From: Bacteroidales bacterium
Lineage (GTDB): Bacteria > Bacteroidota > Bacteroidia > Bacteroidales > B18-G4
Length of the DNA stretch: 35,020 nucleotides
Direction of reading: 5' to 3'
NCBI GenBank assembly: GCA_030618905.1
Contig: JAUXCL010000003.1
Coordinates: forward strand, 1-35,020
Of the stretch, positions 19,519 through 28,762 are shown piece by piece. A program made the position numbers and the translations under genes. Each line of letters starts with the position of its first letter. Position 1 is the first letter of the stretch. A model generated the notes under the pieces. The model was not told where the DNA came from. It made no database searches and saw only the letters and a program-made list of their open reading frames with translations.

Positions 19519-20859
19519 ATGTTATTTACCAAATTATCAGGATTGAGAGCAATTCATACATATTTCATCTGCATATTAATTGCCCTGTCCTCCTCTTTGG
19601 TCGTTTTTTCACAGGACACTGAAGATCAGGATTATTTCAAGGAATTATTTATCCGAAACGAAGATTTTATTTATAAACCAAACATCAAAACGGTCTTACT
19701 GTACAAGGCCGGATGGGAAATGTCGCAACCAATCATCCAATTGAACACCGATGATAAAATGATCCTGACTTTTGATGATCTTGATGCTGACGACAAATAT
19801 TTTGGATATACCATTATCCACTGCAATGCCAACTGGCAGGAATCGGAGCTTAAGCAAAATGAATATATTGATGGATATTATGAGGATGAGATCTGGGATT
19901 ACGCCTTTTCATACAACACCACCAAAGCCTATACGAATTACAGGATTGAATTACCAACTGATTATTTACGCTTAACCAAATCCGGTAATTATATCCTGCG
20001 TGTTTATGAAGATGAAAATAAAGATGAAAATGTGATCTTCACCAGGCGTTTCATGGTCCTGGATCCAAAAGTCAGTGTTAATGCCAGGGTAAATCCAACG
20101 TCCAATGTTGCCGACAGGCAGACCAAACAAGCGGTAGACTTTACCATTTACAAGAACAATTACCTCATCCCCTTTCCATTTGAAAAGCTTAAAGTAGTAA
20201 TTACACAGAACCGGCGATGGGACAATGCCATCACAGACCTTAAACCCAGGCTGGTGAGTTACGACAAGTTAAGCTATGATTATGATGATGGTAATGTCTT
20301 TGACGGGGGCAATGAATTTCGGCATTTGGACATTAAAAGTACGATCTACCAAACTGAAAATATGAAGAACAAGTTCTACGACGCCACCGGTTATCATGTC
20401 TTTCTTTTAGCGGATGAGCGCAGGACTTTCGACAGGTATACTTTCCAGGAAGACCTGAACGGCAAATTGTACATAGAGGCTGAGAACGCCGGAGATGCCA
20501 ATATTGAAGGTGATTATATTTTTATACATTTCAAGTTTCCTTATAAAGTTCCCCTGGTTAATGGCAATCTCTACATTATGGGGGCCTTGACGAACTGGCA
20601 ATTCACGGAGGAAGGACGGCTAACCTATAACTTCCAGGAAAAGGCCTATGAAACCATCATGTACCTCAAACAGGGATACTACAACTATGTGTATGTCTTT
20701 CTCGAAGATGGGTATCCGGGAGCAGATATTACCTTAATGGAAGGTAATCATTGGGACACTGAAAATGATTATACCATTTTCGTTTACCACCGTGAAGAAG
20801 GGACTTATTATGATCAGTTGATCGGATTACAGTTCCTGAATTCCCTTTACAAGGATTGA
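19519..20859 (+). CDS. DUF5103 domain protein (type IX secretion system plug-like)
   Basis: Signal-like N-terminus; L.FDDL, Y.IIHCNANW, LTKSGNY, FDGGNEFR..D, LKQGYYNY.Y, EGNHWDTENDY. Divergent from nqrA. Start uncertain (19453 or 19519). Confidence 0.78.
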   Translation: MLFTKLSGLRAIHTYFICILIALSSSLVVFSQDTEDQDYFKELFIRNEDFIYKPNIKTVLLYKAGWEMSQPIIQLNTDDKMILTFDDLDADDKYFGYTIIHCNANWQESELKQNEYIDGYYEDEIWDYAFSYNTTKAYTNYRIELPTDYLRLTKSGNYILRVYEDENKDENVIFTRRFMVLDPKVSVNARVNPTSNVADRQTKQAVDFTIYKNNYLIPFPFEKLKVVITQNRRWDNAITDLKPRLVSYDKLSYDYDDGNVFDGGNEFRHLDIKSTIYQTENMKNKFYDATGYHVFLLADERRTFDRYTFQEDLNGKLYIEAENAGDANIEGDYIFIHFKFPYKVPLVNGNLYIMGALTNWQFTEEGRLTYNFQEKAYETIMYLKQGYYNYVYVFLEDGYPGADITLMEGNHWDTENDYTIFVYHREEGTYYDQLIGLQFLNSLYKD

Positions 20860-22101
20860 TTATTCGTAACGCAGGGATTCAATAGGATCCAGTTTGGCTG
20901 CTTTGGCAGCAGGCAGAATTCCGGACAGCAGGGCAACAATAAAGCATAGAACGACACCCAGGATGATCCATGCCCAGGGTACAATAAATGCACTTCCGAT
21001 AATCAGGGACAATAAATTCCCTATTCCAATCCCCAGGACGATGCCAACGATTCCGCCCAGTTGTGCAATGACCACGGATTCTATCAGGAATTGATTCCGG
21101 ATACTGATTCTGTTAGCTCCAATCGCCTTTCGAATCCCAATCTCCCGGGTTCTTTCCGTAACAGAAACCAGCATGATATTCATCAGTCCGATGGCTGCAC
21201 CCAATAAGGTGATCAAGCCAATCAGCGTAGCCCCTATCCTGATGTATTTCAGAAAATCTATTAACATTTCGGCTATGGAATCACTTTTTACCATACTGAA
21301 AGTATCTTCCTCCGTGACCGGTACATTTCTGATGATCCTGAAAAGCCCGGTAGCTTCACCAATGGCAGCATCCAGATCTTCAGCTTTGATGGCCATGACA
21401 TTAACGGAATAATTCATATTGGGCCGTGGAAAATATTGCCGTACATTGGTAATGGGCACTACACATCGCCGGTCGCCGGCAAACCCGATACCTGACCCCT
21501 TTTCCTTCATCACCCCGATTACCCGGTACTTACCCGGGCCAATTGAAATGACCTTGCCAATGGGATCTTCATTTGCCTTAAAAAGCTTATTGGCGATCTG
21601 ACTTCCAAGGATAACCACATGATTCCCATATTGTATTTCCGTGTCGGAGAAATTACGTCCTTTAGCAAGCTCAAAACCACTGGTCACCATATAATTTTCA
21701 TCAGTGCCAACAACGCCAACATTGGGATCAGTTTTCTCAGATTTATATTTTGCAGTAGCAATCCCGGTACCCCAGATATAAACGGAAGTATAGGCAGGAA
21801 AATTAAAATTTTCCTTAAAGGTCATGGCCTGATCGAAGCTGATGCGTTCGTAATATTTAGGGCGGCTGGAATCATTACCGATATGAATACGTAAAGTACG
21901 GTTCCTGATGGTAAAAGTATTGGCACCCATCATGGCAAAATTTTGGTTCAGGTAATACTTAATAGAATCAATTGCAGTCAATATCCCAACAAGGGCCATG
22001 ATCCCAAAAGCAATGATCATCACTGTAAGAACCGTTCTCAGGAAATGTCCCCTGATGGATTCCAGTGATTGCCGTATATTTTCAAAGAGGAGTTTGTTCA
22101 T
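20860..22101 (-). CDS. ABC transporter permease, MacB/FtsX family (no ATPase gene in this window)
   Basis: RTVLT..IIAFGI.ALV, periplasmic domain with GRNF, GLMNIMLVSVTERTREIGIRKAIGA, QFLIES, PA.KAAKLDPIESLRYE. Confidence 0.92.
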   Translation of the reverse strand: MNKLLFENIRQSLESIRGHFLRTVLTVMIIAFGIMALVGILTAIDSIKYYLNQNFAMMGANTFTIRNRTLRIHIGNDSSRPKYYERISFDQAMTFKENFNFPAYTSVYIWGTGIATAKYKSEKTDPNVGVVGTDENYMVTSGFELAKGRNFSDTEIQYGNHVVILGSQIANKLFKANEDPIGKVISIGPGKYRVIGVMKEKGSGIGFAGDRRCVVPITNVRQYFPRPNMNYSVNVMAIKAEDLDAAIGEATGLFRIIRNVPVTEEDTFSMVKSDSIAEMLIDFLKYIRIGATLIGLITLLGAAIGLMNIMLVSVTERTREIGIRKAIGANRISIRNQFLIESVVIAQLGGIVGIVLGIGIGNLLSLIIGSAFIVPWAWIILGVVLCFIVALLSGILPAAKAAKLDPIESLRYE

Positions 22102-22139
22102 TAACTATAAGCGTTAGTCTGTACCTTTACCTGCTCATA

Positions 22140-22147
22140 CAAAGTTA
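22140..22147 (-). promoter_or_regulatory. -7 promoter box for the permease gene
   Basis: Minus strand TAACTTTG, about 39 nt upstream of the permease ATG; suggests it can be transcribed separately from the upstream cluster. Confidence 0.55.
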
Positions 22148-22160
22148 AGTATTTTCATAC

Positions 22161-23093
22161 TTACCTGAATTTCTTTATCATTTTAACTGCAGATTTCACC
22201 AGGCCCGGAAGATTATTCCGATGAATCCTCAAATAATGACATTCCGTGGAACCAAAACCTTTATAAAACCTGGCAAGGTCAGTATCGTTGGAGCCATCAA
22301 AATCAAAGACCAGGTGCTGGTGGGCATGATCTTGTATATAAGCATCTATGATCATAAACATTGCACTATGTTCCCTGCCTTTGGTGTCCAGGCCTGAAAA
22401 AAGGAATATGCTCTTTTTATTGCTGTGCACGAACACGGCCCCGGCACACAGTTCATTGTAATCGGTAAAAGCCCCGTAAATCTCTGCCAGGCCTTTATAA
22501 ATGCATACATAAATAAGCTTCCGGAGCATCATGTAGTCTTTATCTTTAAGATGTTGTATTTCACGACCCTTATTTTGCCGGAACATTTCAATCAGCACAT
22601 CGGGTTTTTGGTTTTTCATGATGGTCAGACCCGACTTTTGTGCTTTTTTTATGTTTCTCTTTGTATTCTGAGAATAATGCTTACTGATGTTATCGTAAGC
22701 ATTGATCAGATCGAGTTCATGATTCAACTGGGGTGTGACTTCAAATCCATCGGAATCAATTTTATTCAGTGTGTTTAAGTTTATCTCGATATACCTGTAT
22801 TTTTTCGGAATGGCTTGCAAAAAATTCTCCACCACTTCAGCCGAGAGGATGCTGCGGGAAAATATTCCAAGCTGTTGTGTGAAATAAGGCTGGAACAGGT
22901 AAGATATTCCGTATTTCTTTCTTCCGGTAAGTGGAAAAACCCTTTCGTAATCATTTTCTATCAGTGCTTCCCAGCCATCGCAAACGATGTCAAGATACCA
23001 GCTGTAGGCATAAATTATTCCATTGAAAGCCGAACGGATGCTCTTATCCCATCTGGTCTTATCAATTTCATCATTTTTAAGGTACTTGATCAT
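22161..23093 (-). CDS. GNAT-superfamily protein, FemAB/BioF2-like double-GNAT type
   Basis: 310 aa; IYAYSWYLD, QPYFTQQLG, YSQNTKRNIKKA, FDFDGSN..LARFYKGFG, resembling Fem-like acyltransferases of glycan loci. Confidence 0.7.
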   Translation of the reverse strand: MIKYLKNDEIDKTRWDKSIRSAFNGIIYAYSWYLDIVCDGWEALIENDYERVFPLTGRKKYGISYLFQPYFTQQLGIFSRSILSAEVVENFLQAIPKKYRYIEINLNTLNKIDSDGFEVTPQLNHELDLINAYDNISKHYSQNTKRNIKKAQKSGLTIMKNQKPDVLIEMFRQNKGREIQHLKDKDYMMLRKLIYVCIYKGLAEIYGAFTDYNELCAGAVFVHSNKKSIFLFSGLDTKGREHSAMFMIIDAYIQDHAHQHLVFDFDGSNDTDLARFYKGFGSTECHYLRIHRNNLPGLVKSAVKMIKKFR

Positions 23094-24385
23094 TGAACTG
23101 CTTCTTTGATGATCTCTATAAAAGCATGGTGTTTGGCTTCATCATCCGACAGGGCATAATTATGCCAGATTCCAATCAATTCACCATTAACCTGTTTTAC
23201 AGATTGGATCAGGGGTCTTACAAATTTAATATAATCTTCCGGTAAAACCTGCATATAATCACTTAAAGCAGAATCCATAAATGCAAAAGGATGGATCCTG
23301 ATGGGAAGTTCCTTGTCCTGAACCAGGTCATAAGCATTGAAAGGACTGCTGATACTGGCTCTGAATCCCAAACCGGAAGCATAGCCCATTGAATATTCCC
23401 CTTGTATATCCTGGTTCATGAGGCGGGAATAGCTCGCAGGCAAATCAAGCATCAGGAAATGCTGCCGGCTGATCACAACAGGTTTGCTAATGATGGTGCT
23501 TAATCTTTTGACTTCAGCATGGATCTTGTCCGGATCTTTGGAAGATCCATAAGATGGATGAATTCCAAGTTCTGCCCGGGTCGATAATTTTTTTAATAAT
23601 TTTCTAAAACGCGTATTACGGTACGAGCTATTTTTATCATAGGCACCATAATCACCGATCAACACAAAATAAAGCGGGTGCAAATTATACTCATTAAAGA
23701 TATTCAGCTGCAAATCAAAATTATCAAAAGGATCATCCTGCATACCTGACAATACCCTGAGTTTTTCAATGCCTTCCTTGAAATTCAGTTTGAACAGCAA
23801 TTTGGCTAATCCCCCAAGAGATCTGATCAAGCCTTTCCCTTTGTGCGCAAAAGCCTGATCAATATCAACACTCGGTATAAATTTGTACTGCTGTTGAGGA
23901 AATTTAAATTCCGGATGATGAATCAGTAGCTGCTCCTTAATTTTCAAGGCCAGGATATTGATGAGGGGTTTGTCAAGAAACGCATTTTGACCTGCCAGGC
24001 TGTATTCCGGTATAAAACGGCCATGCCTGTCCCTTTCCCCGGGGATATATTCCTCATACCTTGAGGCCAGGTAAAAGGTCATCGCCAGTGGATCAAAAGG
24101 GAAAGGTAATACATTCTCCTGAATGAAAAATACGGGCAGGTCATTCCAGTTATCCACTGTGATGATTTGATTCTGGATATCACTCTCAAAGAGTATTTCA
24201 GCCGGCTTAAAGTGGATACCGCTACCCAGTGATGTCCCTGAATAATTAATTTTGAGTGCTGATGAGCTAATGTATTCCTCCAGGTTTGTGGTATAATGCA
24301 CCTCAACACCCAAAATGTCTGTAAAGATTATCCGGGAGGCATACCTGAGCCTGGGACTGTCTTTTTCACTGTATATCAGCACCAT
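23090..24385 (-). CDS. Polysaccharide deacetylase-like protein (DUF7033-type N-terminus + CE4/NodB-like domain), copy 1 with intact-looking motifs
   Basis: FYLASRYEEY, D.HGRF, SVDID, GIHPSY, RQHFL, YSMGY, GFRA, PFAFMD, IWHN. Confidence 0.75.
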   Translation of the reverse strand: MVLIYSEKDSPRLRYASRIIFTDILGVEVHYTTNLEEYISSSALKINYSGTSLGSGIHFKPAEILFESDIQNQIITVDNWNDLPVFFIQENVLPFPFDPLAMTFYLASRYEEYIPGERDRHGRFIPEYSLAGQNAFLDKPLINILALKIKEQLLIHHPEFKFPQQQYKFIPSVDIDQAFAHKGKGLIRSLGGLAKLLFKLNFKEGIEKLRVLSGMQDDPFDNFDLQLNIFNEYNLHPLYFVLIGDYGAYDKNSSYRNTRFRKLLKKLSTRAELGIHPSYGSSKDPDKIHAEVKRLSTIISKPVVISRQHFLMLDLPASYSRLMNQDIQGEYSMGYASGLGFRASISSPFNAYDLVQDKELPIRIHPFAFMDSALSDYMQVLPEDYIKFVRPLIQSVKQVNGELIGIWHNYALSDDEAKHHAFIEIIKEAVQ

Positions 24386-25232
24386 AATTAATCTTATCCT
24401 GTGTTGTTTTATACAAATTGAAAATCTGCAAAAATGATTTCAACTGATCCCGTAAATATAGCTTAGTATCGAAGCGGGCAATATTCATTGCATTATTTTG
24501 TGTGATGTCTTTGTGGATAATCTCGTGGGCATCAGCAATGCGCAGCATCGAAAATTCAACCTTGTTGATCACCTGCGTATTCAATATAGCAACTTCCAGT
24601 TTTTCCTGAAGTAATTCCAGGTTCATGGTCCAGCCATGGAGTTTTCGATAGAATAGCAATTTCTTCTCACCAGCTTGAGCACCGTCATTGTAATAACGTA
24701 TCAACAAGGGTTTGAAGTGCCTGTAAGGAACCTTATCCTGCTCTTCAACATAGTGTGTATATGTAAATGCTTCCGCAACATTGGTCCCGATAAACAGCAT
24801 TTTGGCATTCCATTCCAGGAACTTTGCAAATGGAGAATCGCTTCCAAAGGAGCTTTTATTTTGAAGGTTTTGCAGGGCCTCCGATTCCTTCCCCCATACC
24901 ATAAATGAATGCAGGGGATGCCAGGTTCTTTTAAAATCACCGCCCCGGAATGCAGCCAGTGCCATTGCCCCTGTTATAGGTTCAGTTTTTTTTACATCAA
25001 AGGTCTGGCCTGATCTAAGGTAAAAATTATAGGCCGGAAAGATCAGGGTTCCCTGAACCGTTAATTTGCGCTTAAAGCTATCAATTAAGGCATCAACATC
25101 AAAGGAGCGTTCATTCCGTTTAGCATTAAAGGCAAACCTGGTTATATCAGATGCGATGATCAGGACATCCGAGGCCTGGATATCCAGGTGATCAACAATT
25201 TCCTGATAAGGTATGTATGAAGTCGCTGTCAT
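24366..25232 (-). CDS. AAC(3)/YokD-family (Antibiotic_NAT) N-acyltransferase
   Basis: GTLIFPAYN, RTWHPLHSF, SFG.DSPF, LFIG, TYTHYVEE (His/Glu catalytic motif), VPYR. Confidence 0.82.
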   Translation of the reverse strand: MTATSYIPYQEIVDHLDIQASDVLIIASDITRFAFNAKRNERSFDVDALIDSFKRKLTVQGTLIFPAYNFYLRSGQTFDVKKTEPITGAMALAAFRGGDFKRTWHPLHSFMVWGKESEALQNLQNKSSFGSDSPFAKFLEWNAKMLFIGTNVAEAFTYTHYVEEQDKVPYRHFKPLLIRYYNDGAQAGEKKLLFYRKLHGWTMNLELLQEKLEVAILNTQVINKVEFSMLRIADAHEIIHKDITQNNAMNIARFDTKLYLRDQLKSFLQIFNLYKTTQDKINYGADIQ

Positions 25233-25258
25233 ATTTATAATAACCAGGGTTTGATGAA

Positions 25259-25738
25259 CTAGACCATTTTACGAAACTGTATTAACTCGTTTGCATAACC
25301 CATCTCCTTCCAGAAGTCAATGGCAGTTGTATTTTCTGATAAGGCCTGTAACTCAATGGAGTGGACTTGCTGTTCAATAAACCAGTGCTCAAGTTTTTCC
25401 AGCAATGCCTTAGCGATTTTTTGTTTCCGGTATTCCGGTCTGACATAGATATGGGTGACTACCCCAATCTTTTTATTTCCCAGGTAATCCGGTGCCATGC
25501 TCAAAGCGCCGTGTGCGAATGCAATCATATCACTACCATGGAAAGCAACCTCCACGGTTGTAAATCTTTTCAAGGTTCGTTTCAGGGAAAGCATCCATTT
25601 ATCAACGCCATCCTTTTCCAATTGCAGCATTAAGCCATATTCCTGCATATAAGTATACATTTCAGCAAAAAGCAGGGCTACCTGTTTCAGGTCCTGATCC
25701 TCCGGATCCTGAATCTGTTTATAATGGATCTTATTCAT
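25259..25738 (-). CDS. Small GNAT-family N-acyltransferase
   Basis: HIYVRPEYRKQKIAKALL (motif A), N..AIDFWKEMGY (motif B). Start at ATG 25738 overlaps the ACP stop by 8 nt. Confidence 0.85.
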   Translation of the reverse strand: MNKIHYKQIQDPEDQDLKQVALLFAEMYTYMQEYGLMLQLEKDGVDKWMLSLKRTLKRFTTVEVAFHGSDMIAFAHGALSMAPDYLGNKKIGVVTHIYVRPEYRKQKIAKALLEKLEHWFIEQQVHSIELQALSENTTAIDFWKEMGYANELIQFRKMV

Positions 25739-25994
25739 TTGATGCTTGCATAAATAAATCAATAATACCGGAAACTGTCGTAAGACCTTCTTCCTCCATG
25801 ATCTTTTCGAAATCGATTTCTACCTTTACTATTTCTTCCATAGCGCCGATCAGGTCGACAAAAGTCATAGAGTCAAGCAAACCGCTTCTGACCAGGTCAA
25901 AGTCCTGTTTGACTTCCCCAGGTTCAATCCCAAAACGGAGAAGCCGATCATCAATTAGTTGCAAAAGCAGTTTCTTTATTTCCTGCTCATTCAT
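25731..25994 (-). CDS. Acyl/aminoacyl carrier protein, DltC-like
   Basis: 87 aa acidic protein with DL..SGLLDSM (phosphopantetheine Ser42), closely matching the DltC-type GLLDSM motif; ATGA overlap with the adenylation gene. Confidence 0.88.
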   Translation of the reverse strand: MNEQEIKKLLLQLIDDRLLRFGIEPGEVKQDFDLVRSGLLDSMTFVDLIGAMEEIVKVEIDFEKIMEEEGLTTVSGIIDLFMQASNE

Positions 25995-27532
25995 AGGAGT
26001 TCAATCAGTTTATTTCGGTCTATCTTACCATTATCGTTCAAAGGCAAATGCGCTATCCGGATGATCTTCTGCGGAACCATATACCAAGGTAATTGTTTTC
26101 TGCAAATTTCGAGCAAGCGCTGCTCATTAAATTCTTCCTCATCGTTCTCCACAAATGAAACCAGGGATTGAGTGCCTGTACTTTGATCCTCGACAGCTAT
26201 GGTAGCCAGGTTATTGATTTTTCCGAGCTGCCGCAGCGTCTCGTCAATTTCCAACAGGTTGACCCGGTAACCACTGATCTTCACTTCCGCATCGGCCCTG
26301 CCGAGGAAGAAAAGATCATGGTCAGCATCTTCAAGCACAAGGTCTCCTGTATTATACCATGATATGTCACTTTTTGGATCCAGTTTCACAAAACTCATGG
26401 ATTCATCCTCCCGGGCCTGCAAATAGCCATCAATCACCTGTGTACCAGAAAGGTGCAACAATCCCTGTGATTTCGCTTCCAGGGCTTGTTTTTCATCATC
26501 CAGGATACGATATTGCTGATCTTTAAAGATCTTGCCGATGGAAACAATGCCATTCCCGGATTTGTTTTTATCAGGAGACTTCTGCCATTCGTAAGCTGCT
26601 ATGGCAATTGTCGTTTCTGTCGGACCGTACAAATTGATCAGCCTTGATGAAGGGGCAGCCTGTTGCCAGTGATGCGCCGTCTTTTCGAGTAAAGGTTCAC
26701 CGCAGAAGAAGCTCCATTTTAATGAAGGGAAAAAGGCCGGACGCAAGAGACGCATTTTATCCATCATGACAGCCATAGAAGGTACCGAGAACCATACAGT
26801 GATCTTGTGCTCATTGATGTATTTTGGGTATGCAAAAGGCTTATCGGCTGCAGGGACACAAAGGCATCCTCCGCTCAGCCAGCAGACAAATAAGTCATGC
26901 ACGCTAAGGTCAAAGGTCAGGTCAAATGTCTGTGAGAAGCGATCAGATTCATGAAATTTATACATCCCCATCAGGTTATCCAGGTAGGCAGTAACATTCC
27001 GGTTGCTGACCGGAACCCCTTTGGGCGCACCGCTTGTACCAGAGGTAAAAAGAAGGTATGCTGTCTGGTCTTTGGTCGATTGAATTTCGGGGACAATCCC
27101 GGCAGGTTCAATATAACCTGATTCCTTCAGATCAGGATTGATGATATTCAATGCGCCATTATGTTGTTGTATGATATCATCCATCAGGTCCAGTTGATCA
27201 TTGGCCACGATAATCGTGCCGGCTGCAGATCTTTGGATCATTTCCAGGTTCCTGTTCAGCGGAAAGCGTGGATTCAGGGGGAGGTAAGGCCGGGAAGCCA
27301 TTAAAGCGCCAAGAATGCCGGCATATGCTGTAATGCCTTTTGCTGCCAGGATGGCCACCGGGGATGATTCATCACTTATTGACATTATCCTGCGGGCAAT
27401 TCCGGCACTTAAGCTCAACAATGCTGAATAGGACCATACCTCTCCGCCAACTTCCAGGGCCGGATTTTCACTGTATATTTCGGCTGATGAAAGAAATCGA
27501 TGTATTAATATATGGGTGGTTCCCTGTTTCAA
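25991..27532 (-). CDS. Stand-alone amino-acid adenylation enzyme, DltA-like
   Basis: YLLFTSGTSGAPKGV, FDLSVHDL, WFSVPS, FFCGE, NLYGPTETT, YNTGD, GRAD..VKISGYRV, LPWYMVP, LPLNDNGKIDR; TTG start. Confidence 0.9.
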   Translation of the reverse strand: MKQGTTHILIHRFLSSAEIYSENPALEVGGEVWSYSALLSLSAGIARRIMSISDESSPVAILAAKGITAYAGILGALMASRPYLPLNPRFPLNRNLEMIQRSAAGTIIVANDQLDLMDDIIQQHNGALNIINPDLKESGYIEPAGIVPEIQSTKDQTAYLLFTSGTSGAPKGVPVSNRNVTAYLDNLMGMYKFHESDRFSQTFDLTFDLSVHDLFVCWLSGGCLCVPAADKPFAYPKYINEHKITVWFSVPSMAVMMDKMRLLRPAFFPSLKWSFFCGEPLLEKTAHHWQQAAPSSRLINLYGPTETTIAIAAYEWQKSPDKNKSGNGIVSIGKIFKDQQYRILDDEKQALEAKSQGLLHLSGTQVIDGYLQAREDESMSFVKLDPKSDISWYNTGDLVLEDADHDLFFLGRADAEVKISGYRVNLLEIDETLRQLGKINNLATIAVEDQSTGTQSLVSFVENDEEEFNEQRLLEICRKQLPWYMVPQKIIRIAHLPLNDNGKIDRNKLIELL

Positions 27533-27536
27533 TTCG

Positions 27537-28739
27537 TTAAGATTTCTTTAGGTTTTGTTCCAGGATCAGTGCATCCGCAAAATACTTTGTAGCCCAGTTT
27601 GGGAATGCAAATGGTTCATACTTTCCCCAGATCGGGAATGAACCGGGTATGGCCCCTTTGGTATTGTCAGAGCCACTTAGCTGCCGGTTCTGTATGTTGG
27701 CCAATAAAGTATTCATGCCCAGGGCCGCATCAAAGAATTGTTGATCGCCGGTCAGCACAAATAGTTTTTGCCAGATGATGCTCATTTGGGCACAGCCTGT
27801 AAGGATCATGTATTCACTACCTGCCCAATTGGCGTCATACCTGCCATGCAATTTACCATCCCTTATAAAAATATCCCTCAACCTGATGGCAGGTTGGAGT
27901 GCCGCTTGTTTATATTTATCATTTCCCAGGTGAATTCCTGAATCCAAAAGCCCATCGATAGTATAAGCAATGGTATGGAGGATTGGTCTGTCGTTATGCT
28001 TGATCGTGTTGTCACAATCCTCAAACCAGGCATTAGCATGTTGCTTGTGATCAACGACCCAATCCAGGTTCTTAATGGCATGTTGAGCATATTTCTTATC
28101 CTGGGTATGATCGGAAAGCATCAACAGGGGTGCATCCACGTATGTGTCATATACCCGCTCATTTTCCATCAAAGCATGCATTTTCCAATATCCCTGTTTG
28201 GATTGAACCTGGCAAAGCCAGTCGCCAGCCTTTGTTGCAGCTTTAAGAAACCTGTCATCCTGTGTATGTGCATATGCTGCCAGCATCCCCCTTATGACCT
28301 GCCCTGTATTAAACACAATTTCAGGTTTCTGCTCACTCACCCTTCCCCCCTGCCATCCTCCGGATTCCTTTTGGATAGAGAGCAACCATTCAGCGACTTT
28401 TAGGGCTGTTTGGATACTTTCATCATTACCTGTAAGTCCTCCATAAACCATCAATGTAGGGATGATGTACCCGGATGTTTCCGGATATGAAGAAGACCAG
28501 CCGTCTACCAGGTGATATGAGCCCATGCCATCATCACTCATATTTTTTTGTGCAATCATCAACCATCGAATCGCATCGTCAAGGGCCTGGCTTTTATCCA
28601 TCTTTTTGTGAGACCCGGGCTTAATGAAATTACCTTTTTGGAAATACAGGCGTTTTACATCGAGCACAGCGATATTCCGCTCTTTCCGGAAAGCAAGGGA
28701 ACTGATGTTTTTGGTATATAAATAGAGGCTGTTGAGCAT
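27537..28739 (-). CDS. (alpha/alpha)6-barrel protein (prenyltransferase/squalene-cyclase-like repeats or six-hairpin glycosidase-like), function unknown
   Basis: Repeated QW-like motifs (WLMIAQ, WLLSIQ..SGGW, WLCQVQ..QGYW, WV..KQ..NAWF) plus SYPETSGYIIPT, FNTGQV, HTIAY, NWATKYFADAL. Confidence 0.6.
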   Translation of the reverse strand: MLNSLYLYTKNISSLAFRKERNIAVLDVKRLYFQKGNFIKPGSHKKMDKSQALDDAIRWLMIAQKNMSDDGMGSYHLVDGWSSSYPETSGYIIPTLMVYGGLTGNDESIQTALKVAEWLLSIQKESGGWQGGRVSEQKPEIVFNTGQVIRGMLAAYAHTQDDRFLKAATKAGDWLCQVQSKQGYWKMHALMENERVYDTYVDAPLLMLSDHTQDKKYAQHAIKNLDWVVDHKQHANAWFEDCDNTIKHNDRPILHTIAYTIDGLLDSGIHLGNDKYKQAALQPAIRLRDIFIRDGKLHGRYDANWAGSEYMILTGCAQMSIIWQKLFVLTGDQQFFDAALGMNTLLANIQNRQLSGSDNTKGAIPGSFPIWGKYEPFAFPNWATKYFADALILEQNLKKS

Positions 28740-28762
28740 TTACAGTAGCTTAATATGGAACA

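Noticed and set aside
24366-25232. Acquired aminoglycoside resistance gene aac(3)
   Set aside because: Embedded with overlaps in a biosynthetic-looking operon, with no integron or IS context; family membership alone does not imply resistance.
25731-27532. Canonical dltABCD operon or NRPS cluster
   Set aside because: No MBOAT (DltB), DltD, condensation or thioesterase domains, and the host appears to be a diderm; the symbols dltA/dltC were therefore withheld.
27537-28739. Squalene-hopene cyclase
   Set aside because: Only about 400 aa (single barrel) and no DxDD protonation motif visible.
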